Shown here: positions 1-11,597 of the stretch, piece by piece
Numbering within the stretch: the first letter of the stretch is position 1
Layout: each line of letters begins with the position of its first letter
Source of the DNA: Macrostomum lignano
Taxonomy: Eukaryota
Direction: 5' to 3'
Assembly (NCBI GenBank): GCA_002269645.1
Contig: NIVC01003455.1
Span: 1-50,297 of the forward strand
DNA: 50,297 bases
Made by a program: the position numbers and the translations under genes
Notes under the pieces: model-generated
The model's database searches: none
What the model was told of the DNA's origin: nothing
Seen by the model: the letters and a program-made list of their open reading frames with translations, nothing else

Positions 1-10
1 GCGATTTCAG

Positions 11-300
11 TTTCCCAACATTCGATTCGTCCTCGGCTCAGTCAGTTTCATCCTCAATTTTTGGCGGCGCCGCCTCTATTGTGGACGAATTCCTGTCGGG
101 CTGCTCGTCCTCATCTTTTAGTCATCATAATCACCATCACAGCATCATCATCATCATCATCATCATAGCTCGCCGTCTTCGGCTAGGCCTGACAGCGTAC
201 TGCCAGAAGAGTTGCCATTTTTTGAGCACCTAAACACTTTGTTGAAGCCTACATTATTGCGTCCTAGCCGATCGAACGGCATAATCAGTATCAGCAGCAG
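11..300 (+). CDS. PIAS-like SUMO E3 ligase A, internal exon (linker + start of PINIT); apparent frameshifts near 140 and 286
   Basis: Acceptor TTTCAG at 5-10, donor GTGAGA at 301. Encodes LPEELPFFEHLNTLLKPTLLRPS (from 200), homologous to paralog B LPNELTFFEHVATLLKPTALRPT and to the PIAS 'LPFYD.L.ELIKPT.L' motif. Confidence 0.75.
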
Positions 301-420
301 GTGAGAATTTTTTTTCATTTTAGTTCGGTATTTACGAGTATTAAGTATTTCTTTGAGAGTTTTGCTTAGCGAGTGATAATCTCAGTGTTGCCTGTAGAAT
401 TCAGTAGGTATCTAGAGGAC

Positions 421-1135
421 CCAGATCCCAATGGGAGTTGTGAGGGATAGATCCCAATGGGAGTTGTGAGGGATTGGGATCCCAATGGGAGTTGTGAGGG
501 ATAGATCCCAATGGGAGTTGTGAGGGATAGGGATCCAATGGGAGTTGTGAGGATAGATCCCAATGGGAGTTGTGAGGGATAGGGATCCCAATAGGAGTTG
601 TGAAGGATAGGGATCCCAATGGAAGTTGAGAGAGATAGGGATCCCAATGGGAGTTGAGAGGGATAGGGATCCTAATGGGAGTTGTGAGGGATAGATCCCA
701 ATGGGAGTTGTGAGGGATTGGGATCCCAATGGGAGTTGTGAGGGATAGATCCCAATGGGAGTTGTGAGGGATAGATCCCAATGGGAGTTGTGAGGGATAG
801 GGATCCCAATGGGAGTTGTGAGGGATAGATCCCAATGGGAGTTGTGAGGGATAAGTATCCCAATAGGAGTTGTGAAGGATAGGGATCCAATGGAAGTTGA
901 GAGAGATAGGGATCCCAATGAGAGTTGAGAGGGATAGGGATCCCAATGGGAGTTGAGGATAGGGATCCCAATGGGAGTTGAGGGATAGGGATCCCAATGG
1001 GAGCTGAGTGATAAAGATCCCAATTGGAGTTGAGAGGGATAGGGATCCCAATTGGATTTAAGAGGGATAAGGATCCCAGTGGAAGTTGAGAGGGATAGAT
1101 ATCCCAATGCGAAGTGAGAGGGATAGAGATCCCAA
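421..1135. repeat. 26/28-bp minisatellite (GGGAGTTGTGAGGGATAG[GG]ATCCCAAT) in PIAS-A intron
   Basis: Visible tandem units; accounts for the minus-strand repetitive ORFs at 366-1176. Confidence 0.95.
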
Positions 1136-1278
1136 TGGTATCTGTGAGAATAGTAATCCCACAAGCAAGCATACAAACCTTAAAGATTTAGTATACTTAG
1201 ATTAGGTTTTAACTGTTTGAATTTTGATGCCATACATATAAATAACACAAAATGATAAAGCAATTATTTTGACTTCAG

Positions 1279-1549
1279 GCCCACTGCGATTTAGAGTTCG
1301 GCATGAATCCGCAGCAAGTCAAATCAGTACTATCAATGCGCACTCGAGACTTGGCCTCTGGCCGCACCGAGTACGCCGTACAGGTTTTGATTCGTTGCTT
1401 CCACTCGGAGGCTGGCACGCAGCCAGACGCGTTTCCGCCTGGCGTAAATCTGACCGTGAACAGTCAGCCTGTTCTGGGCCTGCCTGCTCCGCTGCCCTGC
1501 CGGCCCGGATCCGATCCTGTCAGGCCCGGTCGGCCTGTAAATATCTCCG
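1279..1549 (+). CDS. PIAS-like A, PINIT-domain exon
   Basis: CAG|GCC acceptor, G|GTGAGT donor. AHCDLEFGMNPQQVKSVLSMR...VQVLIRCFHSEAGTQPDAFPPGVNLTVNSQ...PVRPGRPVNIS matches the PIAS PINIT pattern (F.LTPQQV...VQVQLRFC....QED.FPP.L.VKVN...RP.RP.NIT). Confidence 0.9.
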
Positions 1550-2061
1550 GTGAGTGACGTAATAGAAATTTGCTGCGACATTTTGACGAAATGTATCGAA
1601 AAAAACTTTATAAAGCGTGATTTTTAGGCGCAGAAAAATAACGCCTTTTCGTGCTAGATATTACCGAAAATTCAAAACGAAGTACTCGGAATCGGGGCAT
1701 CCAAACTTTTTCAATTATCACCTTGAAATTTTACCTAAATTTTTATTCAGACAAATTTGAAAGCTACATGTATTGAACGTATATTTATAGATTATTTTCT
1801 CAGCGTATTTTATCTATATTTCTACTGTCCGTAGTGTAGAGAATTAAATTAGACATGTTCATAGGTAGCTCACTTACCCTTTTCTTTTCAATAGCAACTA
1901 CAATATACAACACGAATGTCAAAGATTGCCTACTTAAGAGTAGCGAGAAATGACTTTTAACCGGTGTGTGTCCATGGGCAGTCAAGACTAGCTGAAGTCA
2001 TCAAGAAGTCATCAAACAACGCCAACCCCCATAGTAACCGCTCCTAACTCTAATCACGCAG

Positions 2062-3358
2062 GTCTCTGCCGCCTCTCTGCCAGCTCCCAGGCGAACAATC
2101 GTATCCGCGTCAGCTGGCTGCACCGACCATCCGGTCCGGGCTACTGCCTCTCCGTGTCCCTCGCTCGCGTCGTATCGTCCAATGACCTCGCCAATCGGCT
2201 ATTGACCTTGCCAGGTCGGGTCCGGCCAGCCAGTCAAACTCAGCGCCAAATTCGTCAGTTACTGCTTGGCAACGGTGACGACGACGAGGACGACGACGAT
2301 GCCATGGTTGCTATGACAACTATAACCGCTTCGCTGCGCTGTCCGTTGTCCTGCGCCAGAATCCAATTGCCCGTTCGATCCGACGATTGTCGTCACGTGC
2401 AGTGCTTCGACGCCCGGACATATCTGTCCATGAACGAGCGACGGGCCACCTGGCGATGCCCCTGCTGCGACCGGCCAGCACCCTACGCCAGTTTGCACGT
2501 CGACGCTCATTTTCAATCGGTGCTAGCCAATGCTCCTAAAAGCGTCGATGTTGTCCGTTTCCTTGACGACGGAACCTGGCAACCTGCTGGGGCCAACGCA
2601 GCATCCTCGTCGACCTCTGCATCGACGGCCGCCTCCGCCTCCACCTATAAAGGCTCATCTTCCGCATTGGGAGGCGCCAATTTTGACAGCGTTGTCATTG
2701 ACGACGATGACGACGATGACAACAGCTACAGCGCAATAGACGAAGCGCCGCCAACATTGAAAAGGCAAAAGCGCAGCGACAGTGTCGACGACTCGCCATC
2801 GACAATTTGCAACGATCTCGACCCGGGCGATGTTATCGTGGTCGATTTGACCGCCGATTCCGATTCCGGCGGCGACGGCAATGGCAGAGATTGCGACGAT
2901 TCAAGCGACAGCCAGTCGGATACGGACACTTACAATAATGGCTACGGTTTGCCTACTTTTCGGGAGCTGTGGGTGTTATTGTCACTCCGGTACAGTCGCC
3001 GTCGCCATCGCCGCCTATTCAACCGTCGTCTCATGGCGGCGGTGCTTCGTCATCGTCGAATTCGTCGTCTTCAGCTGCAGCTGCAGCACCAGTGTCTGTC
3101 AGTAGTACGAGTAGTATCAATGGTAGCAGCCATAGTTTTCCTTTGTCTCAAGACCTGCCAACCTATTTTGGCAGTTATCCTACTTTGCCTATACACTCGT
3201 CGGCGATGCCCCCGCCGCCACCGCCGCCTCCGCCACTCCCAATGGCGGCTCCTTCATCGTCGTTATCAGCTGCTGCAATGTTTCCGTTTGAATTGCCAAC
3301 CAGCTTTCCATCGTTTGATTTCTTTTCGTCGAATAGTGCCCATGATAATATATTTTGA
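2062..3358 (+). CDS. PIAS-like A, terminal exon: PINIT end, SP-RING (zf-MIZ), acidic region with SIM, Ser/Pro-rich tail (frameshift near 2960)
   Basis: Phase-1 acceptor CGCAG at 2057-2061. SLRCPLSCARIQLPVR..CRHVQCFDARTYLSMNE...WRCPCCDR is an SP-RING. VIVVDLTADSD is a SIM. The tail reads naturally in the 2969..3358 frame. Confidence 0.9.
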
Positions 3359-5059
3359 GTTGGAAAAGCAGTTAGCGATGTGTCCCTAACCTTTTGTTTC
3401 TTTTATTGTCTATGCGATTGATTACCTCTATTTCTTTGCGCTTTGCTCTGTTTATTTTATTGGCCAGTTTAATAAAGATTTAAGAAAGTTTTAGACAACA
3501 AAGGATTATTTTTTAGTTTACTACAGTCTAATAGTCTACTTTAATAAAATTTAGTAGTACTAACAATCAGCCTATTGTTAGATTTTATCTGTTTTATCTT
3601 GCCACTTCTTTTACGAGCCTGCTTATCACTCTCTAGGGCCAGGCTGTCTGAACCGTCGATAATTTTATTGCCTTTAAATGGGGTGGTGGGGAGCGCGCGT
3701 GACTTGTTTTGTACTTTTAACTGACTAGCTAATCAGAAACGAGAGATAAAAATAGAATGTAGAGAGGGTGAGAATACAATATTAGATAACGGGTTAATCG
3801 TTCGCGCCGTCTGTCCTTTCTCTACTACCGCTTACCCTATTTTTATTGACCTCGCCAGCACTATCCTGATCAATTAACTGGAGTGGTTAGGCTCTGATTC
3901 AGCCGGGTGGGTGTTTAAAGTGAACTTTTTAAGTAGAGGGAATGAAAAACAAAAGACAGTAGTTGAATATGAGATAATTAAGTGGAGTGAAAGCGAACCG
4001 CCACGTTGTCCAAGACTAATTAAGATCATACTGATAATTAGTCACTTGCGTAGTGTATAGCAAGTGTTATTACTCTTAGCGCTACTGCAAACGCTTAGGT
4101 ACAATTGAATTGCGATGATTTTCTGCCTCTAGCTAGAGTGTACATCGACTTCATTATTGATTGTTGGTTGTTAGTATCAGTAGCTTTCAAAATACTTACT
4201 TTTACTTTTGCTTATGTTTTTCAAAACCGATGACAGATTACTATCTGTCGCTAACTAACTACTTCTAACTTCTTCTTTAGTAGTACTTCTAAATTGGCTT
4301 TTGTAAACTCGGTTTCTCCCTCCGCTTTGTGTTCTGTTGCAATTGCAACTTGCACAGATGATAAATAAACTGTTGAATTGAATCTGGCATCTCTATTCTC
4401 TGTTGTCATTTGCTCGTTGCACCACAATTCCAATTACAATATTTATACCTTTCTATCCGATTAAACGTCTAAAATTCGTATATAGATGCTTTATATCCTC
4501 AAATGTTGTCAAACTAAACTCCTGTGCTACTATAGGTAATTTACTCTGCTTGTTTTCGTTTGAAATGAACCTCTGGCAGGCACCATAATTTTCATTTACC
4601 GAGCTTTTTTGCTGTTATTTTTGTTATATGGCCAACATCAGCTGTATATTATGTTTTTCAATAAGCGCGTTTTCTACTTCAGATTGTTTTCGAATAAAAT
4701 TTCTTTTCACATGTCATGTGTTTAAATTATAAAAATACTTAGGTTCAGCTATTTTAATATCAGATAGAAGCGCCTTCTCTTGCTCGACTGCTCTGCTGCT
4801 AACATTTATATTCAACTCTTGTGAATTTAATAAATTATTATATGCTGCATACTCAGATTGTTTTGTATGTTATTGCTGGCTGGCAACAGTTTTTTGTGTT
4901 AATTTATTTATTTGGTACTACTCTATATTAAAATGTTTAAATCTTCTACGGCAAAAATTTAATGCCAAGTTTATCAAATCTACTTAATACCCGTATTTAG
5001 ACAAGCGCAACTCACTGCAAGGCAACGCCCAGAATAATAGTGTACTCATACTCAGATTT

Positions 5060-5320
5060 CTGCCTATTAACCCATTGAAAATTGTGTCCCAAATGTACGC
5101 ACTCAGTGTCCACCAACCTTGAAATAGTCTGTCTCAAATGTCGGCACCCAATTCCCACCAGCCCCTTGAAAAGTCTGTGCCAAATGTACGCACTTAATGC
5201 CCATCGACCCATTGAAAAGTCTATCCCAAATGTACGCAGTCAATGCCCATCCAACCTTTGAAAAGTCTATCCCAAATATACGCATTCAGTGCCCATCAAA
5301 CCCTAAGAAATTCTGCCTAA
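5060..5320. repeat. Degenerate ~45-bp tandem repeat (TTGAAAAGTCTATCCCAAATGTACGCAC...), about 5-6 units
   Basis: TTGAAA...CCCAAATGTACGCAC recurs at 44-47 bp spacing. Confidence 0.8.
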
Positions 5321-6084
5321 AATGTATGTACTAGGCGCTTTTAACCAATAGACACTGCGATATTCAATGGGTCGTGTTTTACTGCCTAAAATATTTAACT
5401 TTTTAAAGATGAAATATAGTCAAAGCGAAATTCATGTCAGAGTGCAACTGTGAATTGTTACTTATATCAATGTGTTTAAACAGTCATTCAAGGATATCAT
5501 TTGGCTTTTGTCTAACGACTGAAATTTTCAACCAAGTTAGTTGGGTTTCTGTGTGTATGTATCCATACATATGGTTACTTTTGCAGTGTTTTACATTCTA
5601 TTTTTATAGGCAACTCATTGCTTCTTGTTCGTTATTTTTTTTGAAAATCGTCGCTTTTTTTACGGCAAATTTTGTTGGTCCTTACTAAAGCCAACTTGTT
5701 TGCCACTTGTAAACCCTACTGTATTGTGCGCGTGCCCTATGCAGACACTGTCCATATATTGTGTTCTGTCGCTCTAAACACATTGCATGCTCTCTATTGT
5801 TTTCCCAAACTCCCGTCTTTGTGTTTCTGCTTGCTTTGTACAACTTACTATTCCCGAATATGTTTTTTACTTACGAGTAACTCTTACCTATGTAAATAAA
5901 TTTCATACTCTTTTTATTGGATTGTGAATGTCTAACGAAATTTTAAAATGCCGTTCAATTTTAAGTTGAAAAATAGATGCTTATATCGCGTATGGAATTT
6001 TATGCTAATGAAAGAAATCGCTACATTTTTGTCATTGATTTAACACATTTACAAAGTCATGAATATTCTCTAGTTAGTATGTGT

Positions 6085-6720
6085 CCCTAAGTCTTCTATA
6101 GCACTGAGCATGGGTGTCCCTCTGTCTCCCATAGCACTGAACATGGGTGTCCCTCTGTCTCCCATAGCACTGAGCATGGGTGTCCCTGAGTCTCCCATAG
6201 CACTGAGCAGGGGTGTCCCTCTGTCTCCCATAGCACTGAGCATGGGTGTCCCTCTGTCTCCCATAGCACTGAGCAGGGGTGTCCCTCTGTCTCCCATAGC
6301 ACTGAGCATGGGTGTCCCTGAGTCTCCCCATAGCACTGAGCATGGGTGTCCCTGAGTCTCCCCATAGCACTGAGCATGGGTGTCCCTCTGTCTCCCATAG
6401 CACTGAGCAGGGGTGTCCCTGAGTCTCCCCATAGCACTGAGCAGGGGTGTCCCTAAGTCTCCCATAGCACTGAGCAGGGGTGTCCCTTTGTCTCCCATAG
6501 CACTGAGCAGGGGTGTCCCTCTGTCTCCCATAGCACTGAGCAGGGGTGTCCCTCTGTCTCCCATAGCACTGAGCAGGGGTGTCATTCTGTCTCCCATAGC
6601 ACTGAGTAGGGGTGTCCCTAAGTCTCCCATAGCACTGCCACTGAGCAGGGGTGTCCCTGAGTCTCCAATAGCACTGCCACTGAGCAGGGGTGTCCCTGAG
6701 TATTTAATAGCACCAATGCT
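6085..6720. repeat. 33-bp minisatellite (CTGAGCAGGGGTGTCCCTCTGTCTCCCATAGCA)
   Basis: Tandem units; 11-aa periodic ORFs. Confidence 0.95.
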
Positions 6721-6882
6721 TCTCTAAGTTAATTTCATGTAGCATTAGGTAAAATTTTTAATAATGAATATGGTTATTGTCACTATGGATTTAGTACATG
6801 TGCTGCAGTATATTTATATTAATATGTATAATCCCTCTAATCGCCAACCCGCAGAATCAATTCGCTCAATCGCGTATTGCAT

Positions 6883-7291
6883 ATGTCTAAGGCTAGCAGA
6901 CGTGCCAAAAAAAGTACGATAGTATGCCCCTACTGTGTTAGTAATCGGCCACAGAATCAGTTCAAGGGTTGCTTTGACGATTTTTCAATTCACCTGCTAT
7001 CGATTCACCCGGCCAATGCTCACAAACTGGAAACTATTCGTCGTTGGCACCAAGCCAAATTGGTTGATAGTAAACTATGCAAATTTTGCGACAAGTTCGA
7101 ACTGAATCTAATTGCGCATTATCGATCTGCTCATCTAAGTCAGTTTGCCCAACAGAAATCTGTTCTTACTGGAAAACATGCTACTAAAACTGCCCGACTG
7201 AAAGCTGCTCAACGTATTGACGAGCTTCGAGCATATATATTTGATGATAAACCGTTGCCACCGTATCCGCCGAGTAGTGAGGTTACTAATG
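6883..7291 (+). CDS. PIAS-like B, first coding exon with two C2H2/BED-like zinc fingers
   Basis: Acceptor CGCAG at 6850-6854, ATG 6883, phase-1 donor G|GTGAGT at 7292 matching the phase-1 acceptor at 7702. Motifs CPYC-x18-HLLSIH and CKFC-x9-HYRSAH. Confidence 0.7.
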
Positions 7292-7702
7292 GTGAGTTTA
7301 GTTGCTATTTTTTATTATTTATGTGTTTTCTATATATTTCTGCACAAGTAAATTAGTTGACAAAAAATCAGTAATATTAATTCTAGACTGCAGTATTTTT
7401 CTATTTCTACTATAAGTAGAATAGTTAATAAAATCAGTTTTATTAGTTTTATACGTACAGTATTTTATTCTTTCTACTGTAAGTATAGTGTCAAGGAAAT
7501 GCTAATTTTAATCTATCTGTACCTTAATTTATATTATAGATTTTTTATAGATCGAAAATTATCGAACGAAATTTTCGCCTCAAACGAAACCACTTGAGCA
7601 TTTTGCTTTTTGCTTCTAACACACTCAACTCATCTCTATGGTAAACAAACATTAACAATAATAAGTCTAAATAAATTGTCATATAATTGATTGCCTACGC
7701 AG

Positions 7703-8061
7703 GCCCCAACATCCCGTCAACCTCGGCTGTTTCGACAACTACCGCTGGTCTGTCGTTCTCCCAGCAGCAGCAGCGGCCGCCACGGCCAAGCCAGCACAGA
7801 ATCTATATCAACTACGACGAGGATAGCAGCGGCGAAGAGAACGATTGTAGCGTCGTTATGGGCGATAATTTTGCCAACAATAACGGTATTAGCAACAGTT
7901 TGCCTGCCATAGACCCTGCTGTGGCTGCCGCTGCCGACGCACTGCTGCATCCGGCTGTGCTGCCCAATGAGCTGACATTTTTTGAGCACGTGGCCACTTT
8001 GTTGAAACCTACAGCTCTGCGCCCTACACGACTGCACGGCATGCTGCCGTATAGGAAAACT
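7703..8061 (+). CDS. PIAS-like B, exon 2 (low-complexity linker + PINIT start)
   Basis: CGCAG|GC acceptor, ACT|GTGAAT donor. 359 nt converts phase 1 to phase 0. Encodes LPNELTFFEHVATLLKPT. Confidence 0.85.
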
Positions 8062-8164
8062 GTGAATCTGCATTCAAATGATTGCTGCTTACAGTATCCT
8101 TGTTTTCTAATCTCTTATTGTCTTTTGTAACGTGTCTCTTAGCAGCCTTATTGTCTTCTCAATA

Positions 8165-8690
8165 TTTCTCCTCTCCCTTCCCTGTTTCCCTCTCTCTTTC
8201 GCTGTCTCTCCCCTCTCTCTCCCCTGTTTCCCCTCTGTCTCCCCTGTCTCTCCCTCTGTCTCTCCCCTGTCTCCCCCTCTCCCTCCCCTGTCTCCCCTCT
8301 CTCTCCCCTGTCTCTCCCTCTCCCTCCCCTGTCTCCCCTCTCTCTCCCCTGTTTCCCCTCTGTCTCTCCCCTGTCTCCCCTTCTCCCTCCCCTGTCTCCC
8401 CTCTCTCTCCCCTGTCTCTCCCTCTCCCTCCCCTGTCTCCCCTCTCTCTCCTCTGTCTCTCCCCTCTCTCTCTCCCCTGTCTCCCCCTCTCCCTCCCCTC
8501 TCTCCCCTGTCTCTACCCCTCTCTCCCCTCTCTCTCCCCTGTCTCTACCCCTCTCTCCCCTCTCGCTTCTCTGGCTCTCCCTCTCTTTCCCCTGTCTCTC
8601 TCTTGCCTTTCTCCCCTCTCCCTCCCCTTTCTCTTCTCTTTCCTTCCTCTCTCTCACTGTCTCGTCCCTCCTGCCTTCTCCCGGCTATCT
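8165..8690. repeat. CT-rich low-complexity array in PIAS-B intron 2
   Basis: Almost pure pyrimidine CTCCCCTGTCT variants. Confidence 0.95.
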
Positions 8691-8856
8691 CACAACATAG
8701 TTCATCTCAAATTACCAGGCTTTCCCTGTCTTCATTTTGTTATCTTAAGTAGTAAATCTTCTCTACTTAACCTCTCTTTCTCAAATTAATAGGCTTTTAA
8801 TCTCACTATAACCTGAATATAATTTTTAACCCTTAACAATTCTCTTTCCATGTTAG

Positions 8857-9130
8857 GCGTCGTGCCATATGGAGTTCTGCCTCACACAACAGCAGGCGGA
8901 GTCCGTGGCTTTGATGCGCACCAGAGATCCAACCACCGGCCGGTCAGTTAATGGCATGCAAATTCTGTTGCGCTGTTTCAAATCCGAGTCCGGACCGCAG
9001 GCCGATTCGTTTCCGCATTGCGTCAGCTTTTTTGTCAATAATCAGCCGGTACTGGGACTGCCCGACCCGCTGCCTTGCCGGTTTTCCGGCGCCGATCCGA
9101 TTATACCAGGCGCGCCTATCGATATTTCCG
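8857..9130 (+). CDS. PIAS-like B, exon 3 (PINIT)
   Basis: TTAG|GCG acceptor, G|GTAGG donor. ASCHMEFCLTQQQ...MQILLRCFKSESGPQADSFPH...PIDIS; same intron positions as paralog A. Confidence 0.9.
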
Positions 9131-9204
9131 GTAGGCTGGCAGCCCTGCCGACGAATGATTTCTGAATACTTTGCGAACTGAATGGACTGAATCATAGAAT
9201 GCAC

Positions 9205-9445
9205 AGGGGCGTGCGGGGAATCCCCAATCAACCCTAGAGTGTACATTGGTGTCAGAGAATCCCCAGTTGACCATAGCATGTACATTGGCGTGCAGGGAAT
9301 CCCCAATCAACCGTAGAGTGTACATTAGTGTCGGAGAATCCCCAGTCGACCATAGCATGTACATTGGTGTGCAGGGAATCCCCAAGTAACCGTCTACATT
9401 GGCGTGCAGGGAATCCCCAATTAACCGTAGAATGTGCATTAGCGT
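9205..9445. repeat. 39/40-bp minisatellite (79-bp dimer) in PIAS-B intron 3
   Basis: GAATCCCC at 9218, 9257, 9297, 9336, 9376 with alternating unit types. Confidence 0.88.
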
Positions 9446-9496
9446 GCGGGTCCGCAATCTACCGCAGAATAGAACCTTTAACACATTCACCCGCAG

Positions 9497-10380
9497 GTCT
9501 CTGTCGAGTTGGCAATTCTGCTATCAATCGTCTGCGAGTGAGCTGGCTACACCGAATCCTGGGCGCCGGTCACTGCCTGTCAATCACTCTGGCTCGTGTT
9601 GTCACACCCAACGAGCTCACTAAGCGGTTGCTATCCAGTTCAAATAAAGTTCGCTCCGTCAGCGAAACTCTGCAACAGATTCGTCAACTGCTACTTATTG
9701 ACGATAATAGCAACGGAGCGGATGCGGCTGTTGCCATGACAACGCTAACCGCTTCGTTGCGCTGCCCGTTGTCGCGAACCAGAATCGAGCTTCCAGTTCG
9801 CGGCCTTGATTGTCGTCACGTGCAGTGCTTCGACGCCCGGACCTACTTGTCGATGAACGAGCGGAAGTCCACCTGGCGGTGCCCCTGCTGCGACCGGCCC
9901 GCTCCATTTGCCAGTCTTCGCGTCGACGCTCACTTCCAGTCAGTGCTTGCCGACGCCCCTGTCAACGTTGACTCCGTGCGTTTCCTAGACGACGGCACCT
10001 GGCAACCGATTGAAGATTCAACACCGACTGTTGGCAGTTCCGAATCCAGCGTAGCAGCGCCGGTAGGCAAGTCTAGCCTGGTGATTGACAGCATCGCCAT
10101 TCCCGACGATGAAGATAGCAATGTTGAGAAAGAGGGTCCAAGTGTTACGAAAAACAATAATAACAACAATAGCAACAACAACAAGAACAAGCAGTCAAAG
10201 CGGCATGACGCATCAAAGACGCATCATGAACATCAGGCTGTCGCTCCACCAGCGGCTAAGCGAGGCCGCTTAAGTGCGCCCAGCCTTGGCAACAGTCACC
10301 ATCGGCGACGAGCTGCGAGCTCGGTGGAGCAGCTGCAGCAGCATGTGCTAACCGTGGATCTCACTGGCGACTCCGACTAA
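9497..10380 (+). CDS. PIAS-like B, terminal exon (SP-RING + C-terminal SIM)
   Basis: CGCAG|GT phase-1 acceptor. SLRCPLSRTRIELPVRGLDCRHVQCFDARTYLSMNE..WRCPCCDR; ends VLTVDLTGDSD-stop. Spliced CDS is 1926 nt (641 aa) with no frameshift. Confidence 0.92.
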
Positions 10381-11597
10381 TTAATTCTTATAAAAAATTT
10401 TTCTTCAAAATCTTCAATGGATTGCATTTGACCAAAATGGCTTATCAATTTGTGTTTACCAACACTTGACCCTCTAAAAAGGTTACCTTGACAAGAATCG
10501 CTAAGGAGTCATTGCGAACAACTCACTAGTGAGTCTTGTTGACTTTTTAACGACTCAAACCACTGTCACGCGAGTTGCAGAATCGTTTAAATAGTCGCGT
10601 AAAAGTCGTCCAAAAGTCGTTGTGTTGGCGCTTATCTTTCTACTGACTTAAGCAGACTAAATAGAGTTGTTATAAATACGATTATAATTCATAAAGTGAC
10701 TCAGATACAACTATACGGCCCCCCAGAGTCGTCGTCAGCTACTTAGTACTACTTTGGTATTTTTTCGGGTGGGCATTTTTGCGACTTCCTTGATTGGCTG
10801 CCAAATCGGTGGGCCGGATCGGCCGACTGTTGCGCATGTATGGACGCAAATGACTCTGAAACGCAATTCTTGGCCCATAGTTACCGTTCTTATCGGTCTA
10901 TCTTGAACTATTGAAGTAGGAATTATTGAATAATATATTATAAACAAACTGATTGTAACAAGTGCATTTTTGCTGTATTAGCCAAACATTCAGATGTGAA
11001 GTATGATATGGAGTAATATATATACTCGTGTTAGTAGTATATGTAAGTAGGTATTGATCGCTTTAACTTTGTACTTTAATATTTTTGTTCGAACACTGGT
11101 AGCACTATATGTGCTAGTGGAAGGCTGTACTATTTATGTCCCCCATTTACATGTACTTGAATTACATACCGATGATCATATTTAGATAGTTCATTTTTAG
11201 AAGTAAAAATTAAAAAAGAATTCAATTTAACCTCATTTGGTCTCAAATTCATTGTAATAATTCAAACTTATTGTAATATTGCTGTGCCTATAAATATATT
11301 AGCAGCAATTCGCTCCTTGATAAAAAAGGCAAATACAATCACGCAATAAAAAGCAAACAAACAATAAGTGCGTGAAACTACTTTTTGAACTAGTTGTCCA
11401 ACTTTCAGTTGTAGTACACTCACTGTTTATAATATTTTCTTACTATTGTATAAGTTTTGTTACAACTAATAAGGTTTGTTATATCAGTAAAATAGAAAAA
11501 ATGGTATAAATGAACATTTATTGGTATTTATTTCAAAGTTATATTTTTAAATAAAAGTACATTATAGTCGTAACTTGTTAAGAAATTATTTCTTAGC

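Noticed and set aside
2960-3389. Arg/Leu-rich C-terminus of ORF 2154..3389 as the true PIAS-A tail
   Set aside because: It reads like an out-of-frame translation of Ser/Ala/Pro codons; the 2969..3358 frame fits the PIAS S/T-rich tail.
4251-4433. Short minus-strand ORF between the PIAS genes; also searched 3400-6850 for a SAP exon
   Set aside because: No recognisable motif or splice context, and no SAP-like helix pair in any listed ORF.
10445-10630. Possible TIR pair sharing CCAACAC downstream of PIAS-B
   Set aside because: Only ~7 bp of inverted identity and no TSD; compatible with chance.
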